Notes: generated from the letters alone by a model not told the origin. 64,000 nt of DNA from Patescibacteria group bacterium (GCA_026397045.1 JAPLVO010000010.1:15858-79857); one strand, 5' to 3'; positions 39,890-49,593 are shown, counted from the first letter of the stretch. Translations and numbers: made by a program.

Positions 39890-40278
39890 TACTGGCGCTA
39901 AGATCCGACAAGCCAGAGGCAGAGCTATATCTATTTGATGATGGCAAAAAAATAGCTGAAATAAAATGGGAGGCTCATCGCGAGCTTGCCGATACAATAC
40001 TAGGCAAGATAAAAGAAATTTTAGTAAATAATAATATCGCTGATAAAGATATAACCGGAATTATCATGCATACTGGCGAAGGGTCTTTTACTGGGCTGCG
40101 CATCGGAACGACTGTGGCCAATGCTATGTCCTATAGTTTGGGTGTTCCAATCGTTGAGGCAGAAGGCGACAATTGGATAAATGAGGGCCTCGGCAAAATT
40201 ACAAGCTCAAAGCCAGGGAATTTAGTAGTACCAAAGTATAACGCCGAACCAAATATCTCTCAGCCCAAAGACTCTTAA
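39886..40278 (+). CDS. tsaB: t6A biosynthesis protein TsaB (short form)
   Basis: GEGSFTGLRIG, P.Y...PNI tail; 130 aa. Confidence 0.88.
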   Translation: MILALRSDKPEAELYLFDDGKKIAEIKWEAHRELADTILGKIKEILVNNNIADKDITGIIMHTGEGSFTGLRIGTTVANAMSYSLGVPIVEAEGDNWINEGLGKITSSKPGNLVVPKYNAEPNISQPKDS

Positions 40279-40405
40279 GCTTGAATATAGGCCCAAATAG
40301 TTGTTAAATAGTAGTAGTCTTATATTGTTATTTAGAATTTAATTTTAGAAAATCAGTTTTTACTTTAATACGGGTGAAAACAACTACTTAGAAAGGTAGG
40401 TGTTT

Positions 40406-41923
40406 ATGGAAATACTCTTTGCAGTACTTGCCTTAGCTATAGGTGGGGGAGCTGGCTATGGTGCTAATTCCTATATCTCAAAACAAAAAGCTTCTGATGC
40501 AGACTCAAAAGCCAAGAAGCTTTTAGACGATGCCAAGGAAGAAGCAAAAAATAAAGTTTTAGATGCCCAGCAAGAGGCTGTCAAAATTAATGGTGAATTG
40601 AAACAAGAAGAACGCGAAAGGCGTAATAAAATTGATGCTTCAGAAAAGCGCGTAGCCGACCGTGAGACGCTATTAGATAATAAGCTCGATCAAATAGAGA
40701 AACGCACTGAAGCTCTGGGTAGATCCGAAAAAGAGATTGAAGCTATTAAAGAAGAGATTCGGGCAATTAGAACTCGCCAAGAAAATAATTTAGAAAAAAT
40801 AGCCAAGCTTAAAAAAGAAGATGCTCAAAAGAAACTTATGGAAATGACCGAGCGCGATATTAAAAATGATTTAGTAGAATACATAGAGAAAAGAAAGCGC
40901 GATGCGACTGAAAATGCTGATGAAATAGCCAAGGACATTATGTCTCAGGCAATGGAGCGTCTGGCTACAGGCACAGCATCGGAGCGCACAATTAGCACAG
41001 TGGCAATACCAAACGATGGCGATAAGGGGAAGATTATCGGTAAGGAAGGTCGTAACATTCAGACCCTTGAGCGCCTCACGGGGGTAGAGATTATTATAGA
41101 TGAAAGCCCAGGGGTAATTACTATTTCTGGCTTTAATCCTATTCGCCGCCAGGTTGCCAAAAAGGCCTTAGAGGCGCTTGTTAAGGACGGCCGAATCCAC
41201 CCAGCCAAGATAGAAGAAACTGTCGAAAAGGCTCAGAGAGAAATCGACGAAGAGGTGAAGGTTGCCGGGGAACAGGCTGCCCGTGAAGCTAAGGTACTAG
41301 GGCTGCCATCAGAAATATCAAAGACTATGGGAATGCTAAAGTTCCGCACTAGCTATAGCCAAAATGTATTGCACCACTCTGTCGAAATGGCCCACTTAGC
41401 CGCAATGATTGCCGAAGAAATCGGCGCCGATGTACAGGTATCTCGCACAGCTGCATTTTTGCATGATCTTGGTAAGGCAGTTAGCCATGAAGTAGAAGGC
41501 AAACACCACCATATCACTGGCGATATGATGCGCAAGGCCGGTTTCGATGAAGCCACCACCCATGCGGCCGAAGCGCACCATGATGATATAGAGGCTACTA
41601 CGTCAGAAGCTCTGATAGTCAGAGTAGTCGATGCATTAAGTGGCGGTCGGCCAGGAGCCAGGGGCGATAAGCTAGAAAACTATGTAAAACGCATGACTGA
41701 TTTAGAAAATGTCGCAAATGCGTTTAGTGGAATCAAAAAAAGCTATGCGATAAGTGCCGGTAGAGAGATTCGAGTATTTGTGGATCCCGAGGAGATAGAT
41801 GATCTCTCGGCCATAAAATTGGCTCGTGATGTAGCCACTAAGATTGAGGCATCCCTAAAGTACCCGGGAACAATTAAGGTAAATGTAATTCGTGAAACTA
41901 GAGCAGAGGAGTACGCAAAATAA
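40406..41923 (+). CDS. rny: Ribonuclease Y
   Basis: N-terminal TM, coiled coil, KH (KGKIIGKEGRNI), HD domain (LHDLGK), RPGAR. Confidence 0.96.
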   Translation: MEILFAVLALAIGGGAGYGANSYISKQKASDADSKAKKLLDDAKEEAKNKVLDAQQEAVKINGELKQEERERRNKIDASEKRVADRETLLDNKLDQIEKRTEALGRSEKEIEAIKEEIRAIRTRQENNLEKIAKLKKEDAQKKLMEMTERDIKNDLVEYIEKRKRDATENADEIAKDIMSQAMERLATGTASERTISTVAIPNDGDKGKIIGKEGRNIQTLERLTGVEIIIDESPGVITISGFNPIRRQVAKKALEALVKDGRIHPAKIEETVEKAQREIDEEVKVAGEQAAREAKVLGLPSEISKTMGMLKFRTSYSQNVLHHSVEMAHLAAMIAEEIGADVQVSRTAAFLHDLGKAVSHEVEGKHHHITGDMMRKAGFDEATTHAAEAHHDDIEATTSEALIVRVVDALSGGRPGARGDKLENYVKRMTDLENVANAFSGIKKSYAISAGREIRVFVDPEEIDDLSAIKLARDVATKIEASLKYPGTIKVNVIRETRAEEYAK

Positions 41924-41969
41924 TGAAAATATCACAAGAAGAAATTAGAAATAATAGAAGACTAAAAAT

Positions 41970-42764
41970 ATGAAAATTTTATATATCGGCGACATAGTCG
42001 CAAAAATAGGTAGGCGAGCAGTTGGGCAAGTATTGCCAAAGCTAAAAGAAGAAAGGCAAATCGATTTTGTAATTGCACAATCCGAGAATATGAGCACCGG
42101 TAATGGCATAACTAAAAAATCCATTAAGGAAATGAAGGATGCAGGAGTGGATTTCTTTAGCGGTGGAAACCATAGCTTCAAAAAGCCTGAAGGTGTGGAT
42201 ATGCTCAATGATCCAAGCGAGCCGATAATACGCCCCGCAAACTATCCTGGCAAAACTCCGGGTCGAGGTTGGAAGATTGCCGAAACACCATTTGGCCGAA
42301 TATTAGTCATCAATTTGCTTGGCCAAACTTTTAATGGCCCACAATTAGACCACCCCCTAAAAGTAGTAGATGCAATACTCGAAGAAAATAAACATGAAAA
42401 GCTAGCTGCCACCATAGTTGATTTACATGCTGACTTAACATCTGAAAAAGTGGCGATTGGATTTTACCTAGATGGTCGAGTCAGTGGTGTGGTTGGTAGC
42501 CACATTCATGTAAGCACCGCCGATGCAAAAGTTCTGCCGGGCGGAACTGCGCATATTAGCGATGTCGGTATGACAGGCCCAATAGATTCCGTACTTGGCG
42601 TTAAAAAAGAAATTATAATCGAAAAGTGGCTCAATCAATTGCCAAACAGATTTGATTGGCCTAAAACCGGTATCGTGCAATTTAGCTCTGTACTAATTGA
42701 TGTCGGTAGCGATGGCAAAGCTAGGAGTATTGAACAGATATTAATTAGTACTGAGGTAAATTAA
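41970..42764 (+). CDS. ymdB: YmdB-like metallophosphoesterase
   Basis: GDIV, GNH, RPANYP, GSHIHV, DVGMTG; follows rny. Confidence 0.92.
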   Translation: MKILYIGDIVAKIGRRAVGQVLPKLKEERQIDFVIAQSENMSTGNGITKKSIKEMKDAGVDFFSGGNHSFKKPEGVDMLNDPSEPIIRPANYPGKTPGRGWKIAETPFGRILVINLLGQTFNGPQLDHPLKVVDAILEENKHEKLAATIVDLHADLTSEKVAIGFYLDGRVSGVVGSHIHVSTADAKVLPGGTAHISDVGMTGPIDSVLGVKKEIIIEKWLNQLPNRFDWPKTGIVQFSSVLIDVGSDGKARSIEQILISTEVN

Positions 42765-43045
42765 TGATAAAGCCCGAGCTAATACAGGCCATAGCCAATA
42801 AAACTAAGATGCCTAAAAAGCAGATAGAAGTAGTTATCGACACTATGGTTGAAACCATCACAACAGAAGTTAAAGACGGCCACAAGGTGCTGATTAGTGG
42901 CTTTGGCTTATTTTACTCGGCCAATCGAAAGTCTCGTAATGGGATTAACCCCGTCACTAAGGCACCTATACGAATAAAAAGTATGCAGATGCCTAAATTT
43001 AGGGCTGGGGAGCGTTTCAAAAGAGTTGTCCGAAGCAAAAGTTAG
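42764..43045 (+). CDS. HU family DNA-binding protein
   Basis: GFG.F, R.GINP.T, PKFRAG. Confidence 0.93.
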   Translation: MIKPELIQAIANKTKMPKKQIEVVIDTMVETITTEVKDGHKVLISGFGLFYSANRKSRNGINPVTKAPIRIKSMQMPKFRAGERFKRVVRSKS

Positions 43046-43084
43046 GCCTGTTTATTATAAGCCCTAGGCTATATAATACTAGAT

Positions 43085-44341
43085 ATGAAATACTCTTTTG
43101 TAGACGAAAAAGTAGTTAATAAAATAAATGCTAGCCGAAACCGAAAGTTAGATATATTTAGGGATTCCGAACCAGCGCAGAAAGGGTTTTTGCTGCTTGC
43201 TCTACCCAAGCAAACAGCCCATAAGATTATTAACGATCTTGATAACAGAGAGATCCTGGATATCATAGGTACCTTAGACCCAAACAAATCCACTCGATTA
43301 TTGCATGAACTATCTTCCACAAGAGCTCGCCATATTATTGAAAAGCTTAAAGCTGAAGACAAAGAGAAAATCGACTTATTGCTCAGCTTCAGCCCTAAGA
43401 CCGCAGCTGGGCTTATGGGCCTTGACTACATTATCGCCTCACCGAGTATGCATTTCAGCGATCTATCCATCGATTTAGCAGCCCATGAAAAAGCAACTGG
43501 AAGGTTCCCTTCCATATTTGTTGTCGAGAACGGTAGCTTGGTAGGAGAGATACCTGGCCATATATTATCTCAGCATCCTGGGAGCGAGAAGGTAGGCCAG
43601 TATGCCACTCGAGTGCCTCACATCAAGTATGATATTGATGAGCATAAAGTTATCGATACCTTCCTCAAACACCCACACGATAAAGTAGTAGTACTGGGCG
43701 ATAAAGAAGATATCATTGGTGTCATAAACTCCAATGATCTACTCAGCTTGCTAGACAAAAAGCGAGCCAGTGATATTTATGGACTGGCGGGAGTTAGCAA
43801 TGATGAGGCTGCCATGGATACTGTATTTAGTAAAGTAAGGCACAGGTGGCTCTGGCTTATACTGAATCTTGGGACGGCATTTTTGGCGGCTTCGATAGTA
43901 GGTATGTTCGAGGGCACTATAGCTCAGATAACTCTTTTAGCAGTATATATGCCAATTGTTGCAGGCATGGGGGGCAATGCCGCCACTCAAACCCTTGCTG
44001 TGACAGTTCGCGGAATTGTTATGCACGAAGTATCGCTTGCTAGCTGCGGAGTCTTTATAGGCCGTGAAATAGCCGCAGGGGTTATAAATGGAGCAATTAA
44101 CGGAACCTTAGTGGCACTTGTTGCTATCCTACTAAATAAAAACCCCATGCTTGGGTTTGTATTGGCTGTTGCGATGATTTGTAATTTGTTTATTGCGGCT
44201 TTTGCTGGCGCGCTAATACCTCTGATAATGAAGAAGCTCGGCAAGGACCCTGCAACATCTGCGACAATCCTAATTACAACATGCACTGATGTCGGCGGTT
44301 TCTTCATATTCCTTAGCTTAGCAAAGGTATTTTTGACATAA
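43085..44341 (+). CDS. mgtE: Magnesium transporter MgtE
   Basis: TAAGLM, CBS pair, GMGGNAATQT, DPA, TTCTDV. Confidence 0.93.
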   Translation: MKYSFVDEKVVNKINASRNRKLDIFRDSEPAQKGFLLLALPKQTAHKIINDLDNREILDIIGTLDPNKSTRLLHELSSTRARHIIEKLKAEDKEKIDLLLSFSPKTAAGLMGLDYIIASPSMHFSDLSIDLAAHEKATGRFPSIFVVENGSLVGEIPGHILSQHPGSEKVGQYATRVPHIKYDIDEHKVIDTFLKHPHDKVVVLGDKEDIIGVINSNDLLSLLDKKRASDIYGLAGVSNDEAAMDTVFSKVRHRWLWLILNLGTAFLAASIVGMFEGTIAQITLLAVYMPIVAGMGGNAATQTLAVTVRGIVMHEVSLASCGVFIGREIAAGVINGAINGTLVALVAILLNKNPMLGFVLAVAMICNLFIAAFAGALIPLIMKKLGKDPATSATILITTCTDVGGFFIFLSLAKVFLT

Positions 44342-44358
44342 ATAGTAAGGAGTAATAG

Positions 44359-45438
44359 ATGGCGGACAATAAGACAAGAAACAAACCAAACACAAAAACT
44401 GAAGATACCAGTAAAAATCTTCAAGACACAAACGACACCGCTGCTAGCCTAAAAGTGCAAACAAACGCCGAAGAAGTGGATCCTCAAATATCCAAACCCA
44501 AGGTAAGATTGTACAAGAAATTTTCGTTTTGGCTTATACTTATTTCGGCTATTGTATTACTGGGCTTAGTAGCATTGGGTGGAATCTATATATCCAACCA
44601 AAATAACAACAAAAAGCTGATCAAAGAAGGGTGGGGTTCTATAGTTCGAAAATCTGAATCACTCGTATCGCTCTCTGAAAAGGTCCAGGACAAAGAAACA
44701 TTTGAGAACTACATTATCGAGCTAAAAAATCTTACCTTTCTGGTCTCCGATAGCAAGCTAGCTGCTGAAAAGCTAAAACAAGGAGCCCAGGACGCCCAGC
44801 TGTATAAAATATTTTTGAATGATTTTTATGCCTATACTACCGACAGTCTGGACCATGCCAATAGAATTAACGATTTCACGGACTCCAATGCCGAAGCCCT
44901 AAAAGCTAACTCCTTAATTTCTAAGGACTCTTCAGAAACTCTAAAAAATAGCACGAAGTATCTTACCGAGTCTATGCCCGATGGTGCGTTTGATATTCAG
45001 TCTCTGCTTTCCAGAATAAGCAAAGTATTGCTGGTAAAAGATCTAGCTATAAAATCAAAAGAGCTAGCTGAACAAGATAAGTCTGCCAAAGACATGGCTG
45101 ATAAGAAACTTGTCGAGGCTTCCATAGACGGTTATATGAGCAACTTTTTAATAGGCAACGCAGCTAAAATTCGTCAGTACATGACCGAAGAGTATCAAAA
45201 AGAGTTTGACTTTAACCAGCTCACCGCACAGGCTCGTGAGTATAGCTACCCCTCTGGTTTTAGGGTGCTATCAACTCAAAAATCTGATGGTGGTAAATAC
45301 AAGAGCGAGGCAAACATCATTTATAAGCTAAGGGATGGGTCAAGTCAGTACACCGTCGGCAACGAGATAAATTTGGTCTATAATGCTGATACTGCTAGCT
45401 GGCTAGTAAATAGCATCAGAGAATCTAGCGGGTATTAA
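44359..45438 (+). CDS. Single-TM hypothetical protein
   Basis: AAGGAG RBS; TM, helical region, C-terminal domain. Confidence 0.7.
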   Translation: MADNKTRNKPNTKTEDTSKNLQDTNDTAASLKVQTNAEEVDPQISKPKVRLYKKFSFWLILISAIVLLGLVALGGIYISNQNNNKKLIKEGWGSIVRKSESLVSLSEKVQDKETFENYIIELKNLTFLVSDSKLAAEKLKQGAQDAQLYKIFLNDFYAYTTDSLDHANRINDFTDSNAEALKANSLISKDSSETLKNSTKYLTESMPDGAFDIQSLLSRISKVLLVKDLAIKSKELAEQDKSAKDMADKKLVEASIDGYMSNFLIGNAAKIRQYMTEEYQKEFDFNQLTAQAREYSYPSGFRVLSTQKSDGGKYKSEANIIYKLRDGSSQYTVGNEINLVYNADTASWLVNSIRESSGY

Positions 45439-45509
45439 CACCTGGCTTCAGCCTAAAGACATAATAATAACCCCCATTAAAAAATGCCAGCTTTACTGGC
45501 ATCTTTTAA

Positions 45510-45587
45510 TGGGGCGAGTGATGGGGCTTGAACCCACGACCTCCTGGACCACAACCAGGCGCTCTAACCAACTGAGCTACACCCGCC
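45510..45587 (-). tRNA. tRNA-His (GTG)
   Basis: Loop TTGTGGT, G-1, C73, CCA. Confidence 0.93.
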
Positions 45588-45591
45588 ACGG

Positions 45592-45620
45592 CGTCAGACA
45601 ACTACTTTGAAAATACTTTA

Positions 45621-45626
<6 letters not shown>
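45592..45626 (-). repeat. 35-bp inverted repeat, copy 1 (tRNA-Arg 3' end + trailer)
   Basis: Exact reverse complement of 46638-46672. Confidence 0.95.
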
Positions 45627-45697
<71 letters not shown>

Positions 45698-45756
45698 TTA
45701 CATAGTTATTATACCCCAGATATAAATTAATCCCGGCAAGCGGGATAAATTTTTCA

Positions 45757-45831
45757 TGGAGCGGGTAGCGGGGATCAAACCCGCATCTCCTGCTTGGAAG
45801 GCAGGAATAATAATCATTATACGATACCCGC
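45757..45831 (-). tRNA. tRNA-Gly (TCC), A19/U56 variant
   Basis: CCTGC-CTTCCAA-GCAGG arm, U73, CCA; T-loop TTTGATC. Confidence 0.88.
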
Positions 45832-46055
45832 AAACAGAAGTGACGCACGAATGCGTCACTTACTGGATCAAATTGATTATTTCTACCAATTTGGGATATG
45901 AAAAGAAATAAAAGGTACAAGGACTAAAAATAAGCGCCTATAGTTAAAAAATTATATACTATTTATGAACTTACCGCAATATTACAGTTAGTAAGCAGAT
46001 CATTATTGTTAAAATTGTGTCATAATGGTATCAATAAATAATAACGAAAGGAAGT

Positions 46056-46445
46056 ATGAATAAATTAAAAAAATTAGCGGCAGTTATCACGGCACTAGCG
46101 AGCACTTTGCCAGTTTCTGCATTTGCTCAGGACGGATATGTATCTAGCTCATTATCGGATAATGCCCAACAAAATTCTGTTGGAGCAACAGGGGCGTTTT
46201 TATTATTCTTTATTGTACTATATGGAATATTTATTATTATTGGGATGGTACTATTCGTATTCTGGATTTTTATGTTGGTAGATGTATTCAAAAGAACCAA
46301 CTGGAAACAGGAAAACGATAAAACACTCTGGATTTTATTAGTTATATTGCTTTACCCAATAGGCTCAATTTTATATTTCTTCTTAGTAAAGAGAAAACTC
46401 GATAATAACAAAAACACCCTTACCGCCCCTCCAAGTGCGACCTAA
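46056..46445 (+). CDS. Small membrane protein with PLDc_N-like domain
   Basis: Signal-like N-terminus; FWIFMLVD...K.LWIL.....PIGSILYF. Confidence 0.78.
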   Translation: MNKLKKLAAVITALASTLPVSAFAQDGYVSSSLSDNAQQNSVGATGAFLLFFIVLYGIFIIIGMVLFVFWIFMLVDVFKRTNWKQENDKTLWILLVILLYPIGSILYFFLVKRKLDNNKNTLTAPPSAT

Positions 46446-46566
46446 GTATATTAAAATACGAAAATATTTCAGCTACCAATTGCTAGCCGCTACAAAGCAC
46501 GGCCCCATACGGAATAGTTTTACTGGTAGATTGTTTCGCTTCTATATGCTAAAATAACCAAGATTA

Positions 46567-46643
46567 GCGCCCTTAGCTCAGCTGGATAGAGCGTCTGACT
46601 TCGGATCAGAAGGCCGGGGGTTCGAATCCCTCAGGGCGCACCA
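46567..46643 (+). tRNA. tRNA-Arg (TCG)
   Basis: TCTGA-CTTCGGA-TCAGA arm, CCA. Confidence 0.92.
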
Positions 46644-46672
46644 TAAAGTATTTTCAAAGTAGTTGTCTGACG
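46638..46672 (+). repeat. 35-bp inverted repeat, copy 2
   Basis: GCACCATAAAGTATTTTCAAAGTAGTTGTCTGACG. Confidence 0.95.
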
Positions 46673-46673
46673 A

Positions 46674-46750
46674 GGGCCAGTAGCTCAGTTGGTTAGAGCG
46701 GCTGCCTCTTAAGCAGCATGTCGCGGGTTCGAATCCCGCCTGGCCCTCCA
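46674..46750 (+). tRNA. tRNA-Lys (CTT)
   Basis: Loop CTCTTAA, CCA. Confidence 0.93.
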
Positions 46751-46760
46751 TAGTGTTTGC

Positions 46761-46818
46761 CTTCCTTTGCGATGGAACAAACCAGATTCTATATTCTGCT
46801 TGTTGCATCGAGGGGAAG
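46761..46818 (+). repeat. Third copy of the bulged hairpin motif, in the tRNA-Lys/tRNA-Pro spacer
   Basis: CGATGGAACAAACCAGA-TTCTATAT-TCTGCTTGTTGCATCGAG. Confidence 0.75.
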
Positions 46819-46849
46819 ACAAGTTAAGCTTACGAAAGCGATTTGGCAA

Positions 46850-46926
46850 CGGGGTGTGGCGCAGTTGGCTAGCGCGCGTCGTTTGGGACGATGAGGTCGA
46901 AGGTTCGAGTCCTTTCACCCCGACCA
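46850..46926 (+). tRNA. tRNA-Pro (TGG)
   Basis: CGGGGTG acceptor, loop TTTGGGA, CCA. Confidence 0.93.
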
Positions 46927-46962
46927 TAAAAAATACTCCAGCTTGTCTGGAGTCTTTTTTAT
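46927..46962 (+). terminator. Terminator after tRNA-Pro
   Basis: ACTCCAG-CTTGT-CTGGAGT followed by T run. Confidence 0.8.
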
Positions 46963-47019
46963 GACCAGAGAAAGGACGAGAAACCCAAAGGTTTGGTGCA
47001 CGAGGCAGCAAGAGCAGCT

Positions 47020-47571
47020 TTAGCTGCTTTTAAGTTTGGTAGCTAGCCCCTTGCGTAGCTTGGTGTTCTCGAGCAGTGCATCGATACTGCATATTATTCC
47101 AAAGCCCAGGCCACTGATTATTAGCAGAGTGGTCGTACCCGACACCGTAAATACCACCAGTGCTAAAAAGGCATACAGGCTAGCCAATAAAAAATAGCTT
47201 AAATTAAATTTGTATATCACGGCAATAATTATCATCGCTACTGCACAGGTTGCTGGCCAGCCCGCAAAGCCATTACCGATTACTGGCGCTAGGCCTTGAT
47301 ATTCAAAATAATTAAACACAAAGCCAGGCAGCACTATTACTAGCAGCCAAAGGGCCTGTATCAGCTTGGTCTTATTATCACCAAAGCCTCCTAGCTTTAG
47401 CTGAACTACCAGCGCAATCGTTATTAGAATTGCCCAAATTGTAAAAAACTGTACTGTATTTTGAAATGTTATAACACTAATAAAATATCCAAGCGACAAT
47501 GTAGCCGCCCAGGTGAATAGTATTATTTGATAGTTGTTCAGTTTTTTGGCTTGCTTGGTGATTTTTTTCAT
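47020..47571 (-). CDS. Hypothetical multi-TM protein
   Basis: 183 aa, about 6 TMs; TGnTATACT 6 nt upstream. Confidence 0.7.
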   Translation of the reverse strand: MKKITKQAKKLNNYQIILFTWAATLSLGYFISVITFQNTVQFFTIWAILITIALVVQLKLGGFGDNKTKLIQALWLLVIVLPGFVFNYFEYQGLAPVIGNGFAGWPATCAVAMIIIAVIYKFNLSYFLLASLYAFLALVVFTVSGTTTLLIISGLGFGIICSIDALLENTKLRKGLATKLKSS

Positions 47572-47740
47572 AACACCAGTATAGCAGATATAAACATAAG
47601 TTAATTTAATGAATTACTAAAACAATAAAATAATCATGAATTATGCGCCATAATAGTCACGCAGTAGAGTCAGCTTATTATCCATTAGTAACCCATTTAA
47701 GCCCACTGTCTGCTTTCCCCCATACCAAATACTGTATTAC

Positions 47741-48058
47741 TTAATTAATCCTAAGTAGGCCAATGATGATAATTACCTCTTAGGCCACCCAGGCAACTTG
47801 GGCTGTGATTATTGCTAAGTCCTTGTGCTTAAGGCCATACCATAGCCATATAGAGGTAGCGATAAGATAGGCCACCCAGGATATTATAGATACACCCTTT
47901 TCTTGCAAAATCCATATAGAGTACACCTGAGGTATAGTCAGTAAGGGCCCAATAGTAATTGCGAAATAAATTAATTTATCAACTTCAGATTTTTTATTCT
48001 TGTTTTTGTTTTTATTCTTATTCTTTTTTGAATACGCGCGTATTTTGTGTATAGACAT
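47741..48058 (-). pseudogene. SemiSWEET/PQ-loop family transporter with in-frame TAA at 47780-47782
   Basis: TIPQV, GVS..SW, WL.YG motifs; frame continues after TAA as EVIIIIGLLRIN, completing the last TM. Confidence 0.65.
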
Positions 48059-48164
48059 AGACTATATTTTATCAAACAACTAGGCTTATTAGTAGTTATT
48101 TATACCTACTAGCTGTTGGGTGCTGCTTTCACTTAACAATCTTATGCTATATAATATTAAAAAA

Positions 48165-48764
48165 ATGCAGTACACAATTAATTCAGCTCCTTCTCATAGA
48201 GTAAGAACTAGAAGAAACCGATGGGCGTTCGCAGTTATTGGTTTATTTCTGCTCATTTTGGGAGTTTATTTATCCATTCTATTAATTACGCCTAAAATCC
48301 AGAAGAAGTCACCTCAGCAGATCCAGAAGTCTGCTAGCGAACTACCGGTTTACGACAAGAATACTATATTTATACCGTCAGTAGGTGTCCAGTCCGAAAT
48401 AGGCCAGGGTGGGCCGGGTGTTTTAGATAAGGGCTTAGCCTGGAATCGACTCCCCGAGCAGGGTAACCCAATTAAAGGCGGCAATATGATAATTACTGGC
48501 CATAGTTTTGTATGGGGCTACGACCCATCGCAGGTTACAAAAAGATCCATTTTCTATGACCTTAAAAATGCCAAAGTTGGCGGTGATGTACTAATAAATT
48601 GGTATGGCAAACAGTATAAATATACTATTACTAAAGTAAAGACAGTTAAACCCAGCTCTGTTGAAATTGAAAATCAAAGTAGTGAACCAATGCTCACTAT
48701 CTACACCTGCACCTTGGGAGGGTCGGCCGATGGCAGGGTAGTAGTAATCGCTAAGCCCAGTTAG
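48165..48764 (+). CDS. Sortase (class D/E-like)
   Basis: GNMIITGHS, LTIYTC, GRVVVIA; N-terminal TM. Confidence 0.88.
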   Translation: MQYTINSAPSHRVRTRRNRWAFAVIGLFLLILGVYLSILLITPKIQKKSPQQIQKSASELPVYDKNTIFIPSVGVQSEIGQGGPGVLDKGLAWNRLPEQGNPIKGGNMIITGHSFVWGYDPSQVTKRSIFYDLKNAKVGGDVLINWYGKQYKYTITKVKTVKPSSVEIENQSSEPMLTIYTCTLGGSADGRVVVIAKPS

Positions 48765-48805
48765 TTATGGGTGACATATCTTGATAATAATAGTATAAAT
48801 AGTAT

Positions 48806-49027
48806 ATGGATTTAAATTTAATAGTTCAAAATAATATATGGTGGCTTATTGTTATATACATTTGGGCAACTGCCTGGAAGGCATGGGCACTTTGGATTGC
48901 CGCTAAAAAAGACCAGAAAGTATGGTTCTTGGTTTTTATAATAGTTAGTACTGCAGGCATTCTAGAAATATTTTATATATTCTATTTTAGCAAGCAAGAT
49001 AAGAGCACTATAAAGGCCAATAAGTAG
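48806..49027 (+). CDS. DUF5652-like small membrane protein
   Basis: WK..ALW.AAK..QK.WF......T.GILEI.YI. Confidence 0.8.
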   Translation: MDLNLIVQNNIWWLIVIYIWATAWKAWALWIAAKKDQKVWFLVFIIVSTAGILEIFYIFYFSKQDKSTIKANK

Positions 49028-49033
49028 CTTGCT

Positions 49034-49504
49034 CTACCACCCCTCTGTCTGATAAACCGCCGAGACAAGTACGCTGGTTGGCCGACCTTTGCAGGTCGTA
49101 CCCTTTATAGACATTTGTATCTCACTCCATTTATCATTTGGTCTGCTCGCAGTCATGTGATTAAGAGAGTTAGATATCATATCCTCAAGGCCTTTTTGTG
49201 TATTGCTATGATGCTCTACAAAGAGGCCTTTTTTAGTGCTAGCTTCTTGAACCCAGCCTATGCCAACCCACATCTCTTGGCCGGCGGTTGAGCTGCGGAC
49301 TTCAGATATTACAACATAAAGCTTGCTACCGAAATCTTTTGGCGTAAAAGAAGGCTTTTCGAATACGATATTGCTACCAGGCGGAATTACGGAGCTTAGA
49401 CAGATCAGGTTCTGATCTCCAATGCCAGCACTCATTAGGGCTGAATCAAAGGCCGACAGTTCAGTGGGGCCAGTGCCACTGCCTTTTGTGATTTGTATAT
49501 TCAT
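49034..49504 (-). CDS. Pyruvoyl-dependent arginine decarboxylase family
   Basis: G.GPTELSAFD.AL..AGI...NLI.LSSVIPP self-cleavage motif, GLFVE. Confidence 0.88.
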   Translation of the reverse strand: MNIQITKGSGTGPTELSAFDSALMSAGIGDQNLICLSSVIPPGSNIVFEKPSFTPKDFGSKLYVVISEVRSSTAGQEMWVGIGWVQEASTKKGLFVEHHSNTQKGLEDMISNSLNHMTASRPNDKWSEIQMSIKGTTCKGRPTSVLVSAVYQTEGW

Positions 49505-49593
49505 AATAGCCTAATTGTAACCTAAAAATATTATTTGTAGTATAATAATCGCAATTCGCCAGATTGGTGTTGGTACCTAGAAAGGGAGCCTCA

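Noticed and set aside
39886-40278. Short TsaB (and short HrcA) as pseudogenes
   Set aside because: Key motifs and proper termini are intact; consistent with streamlining.
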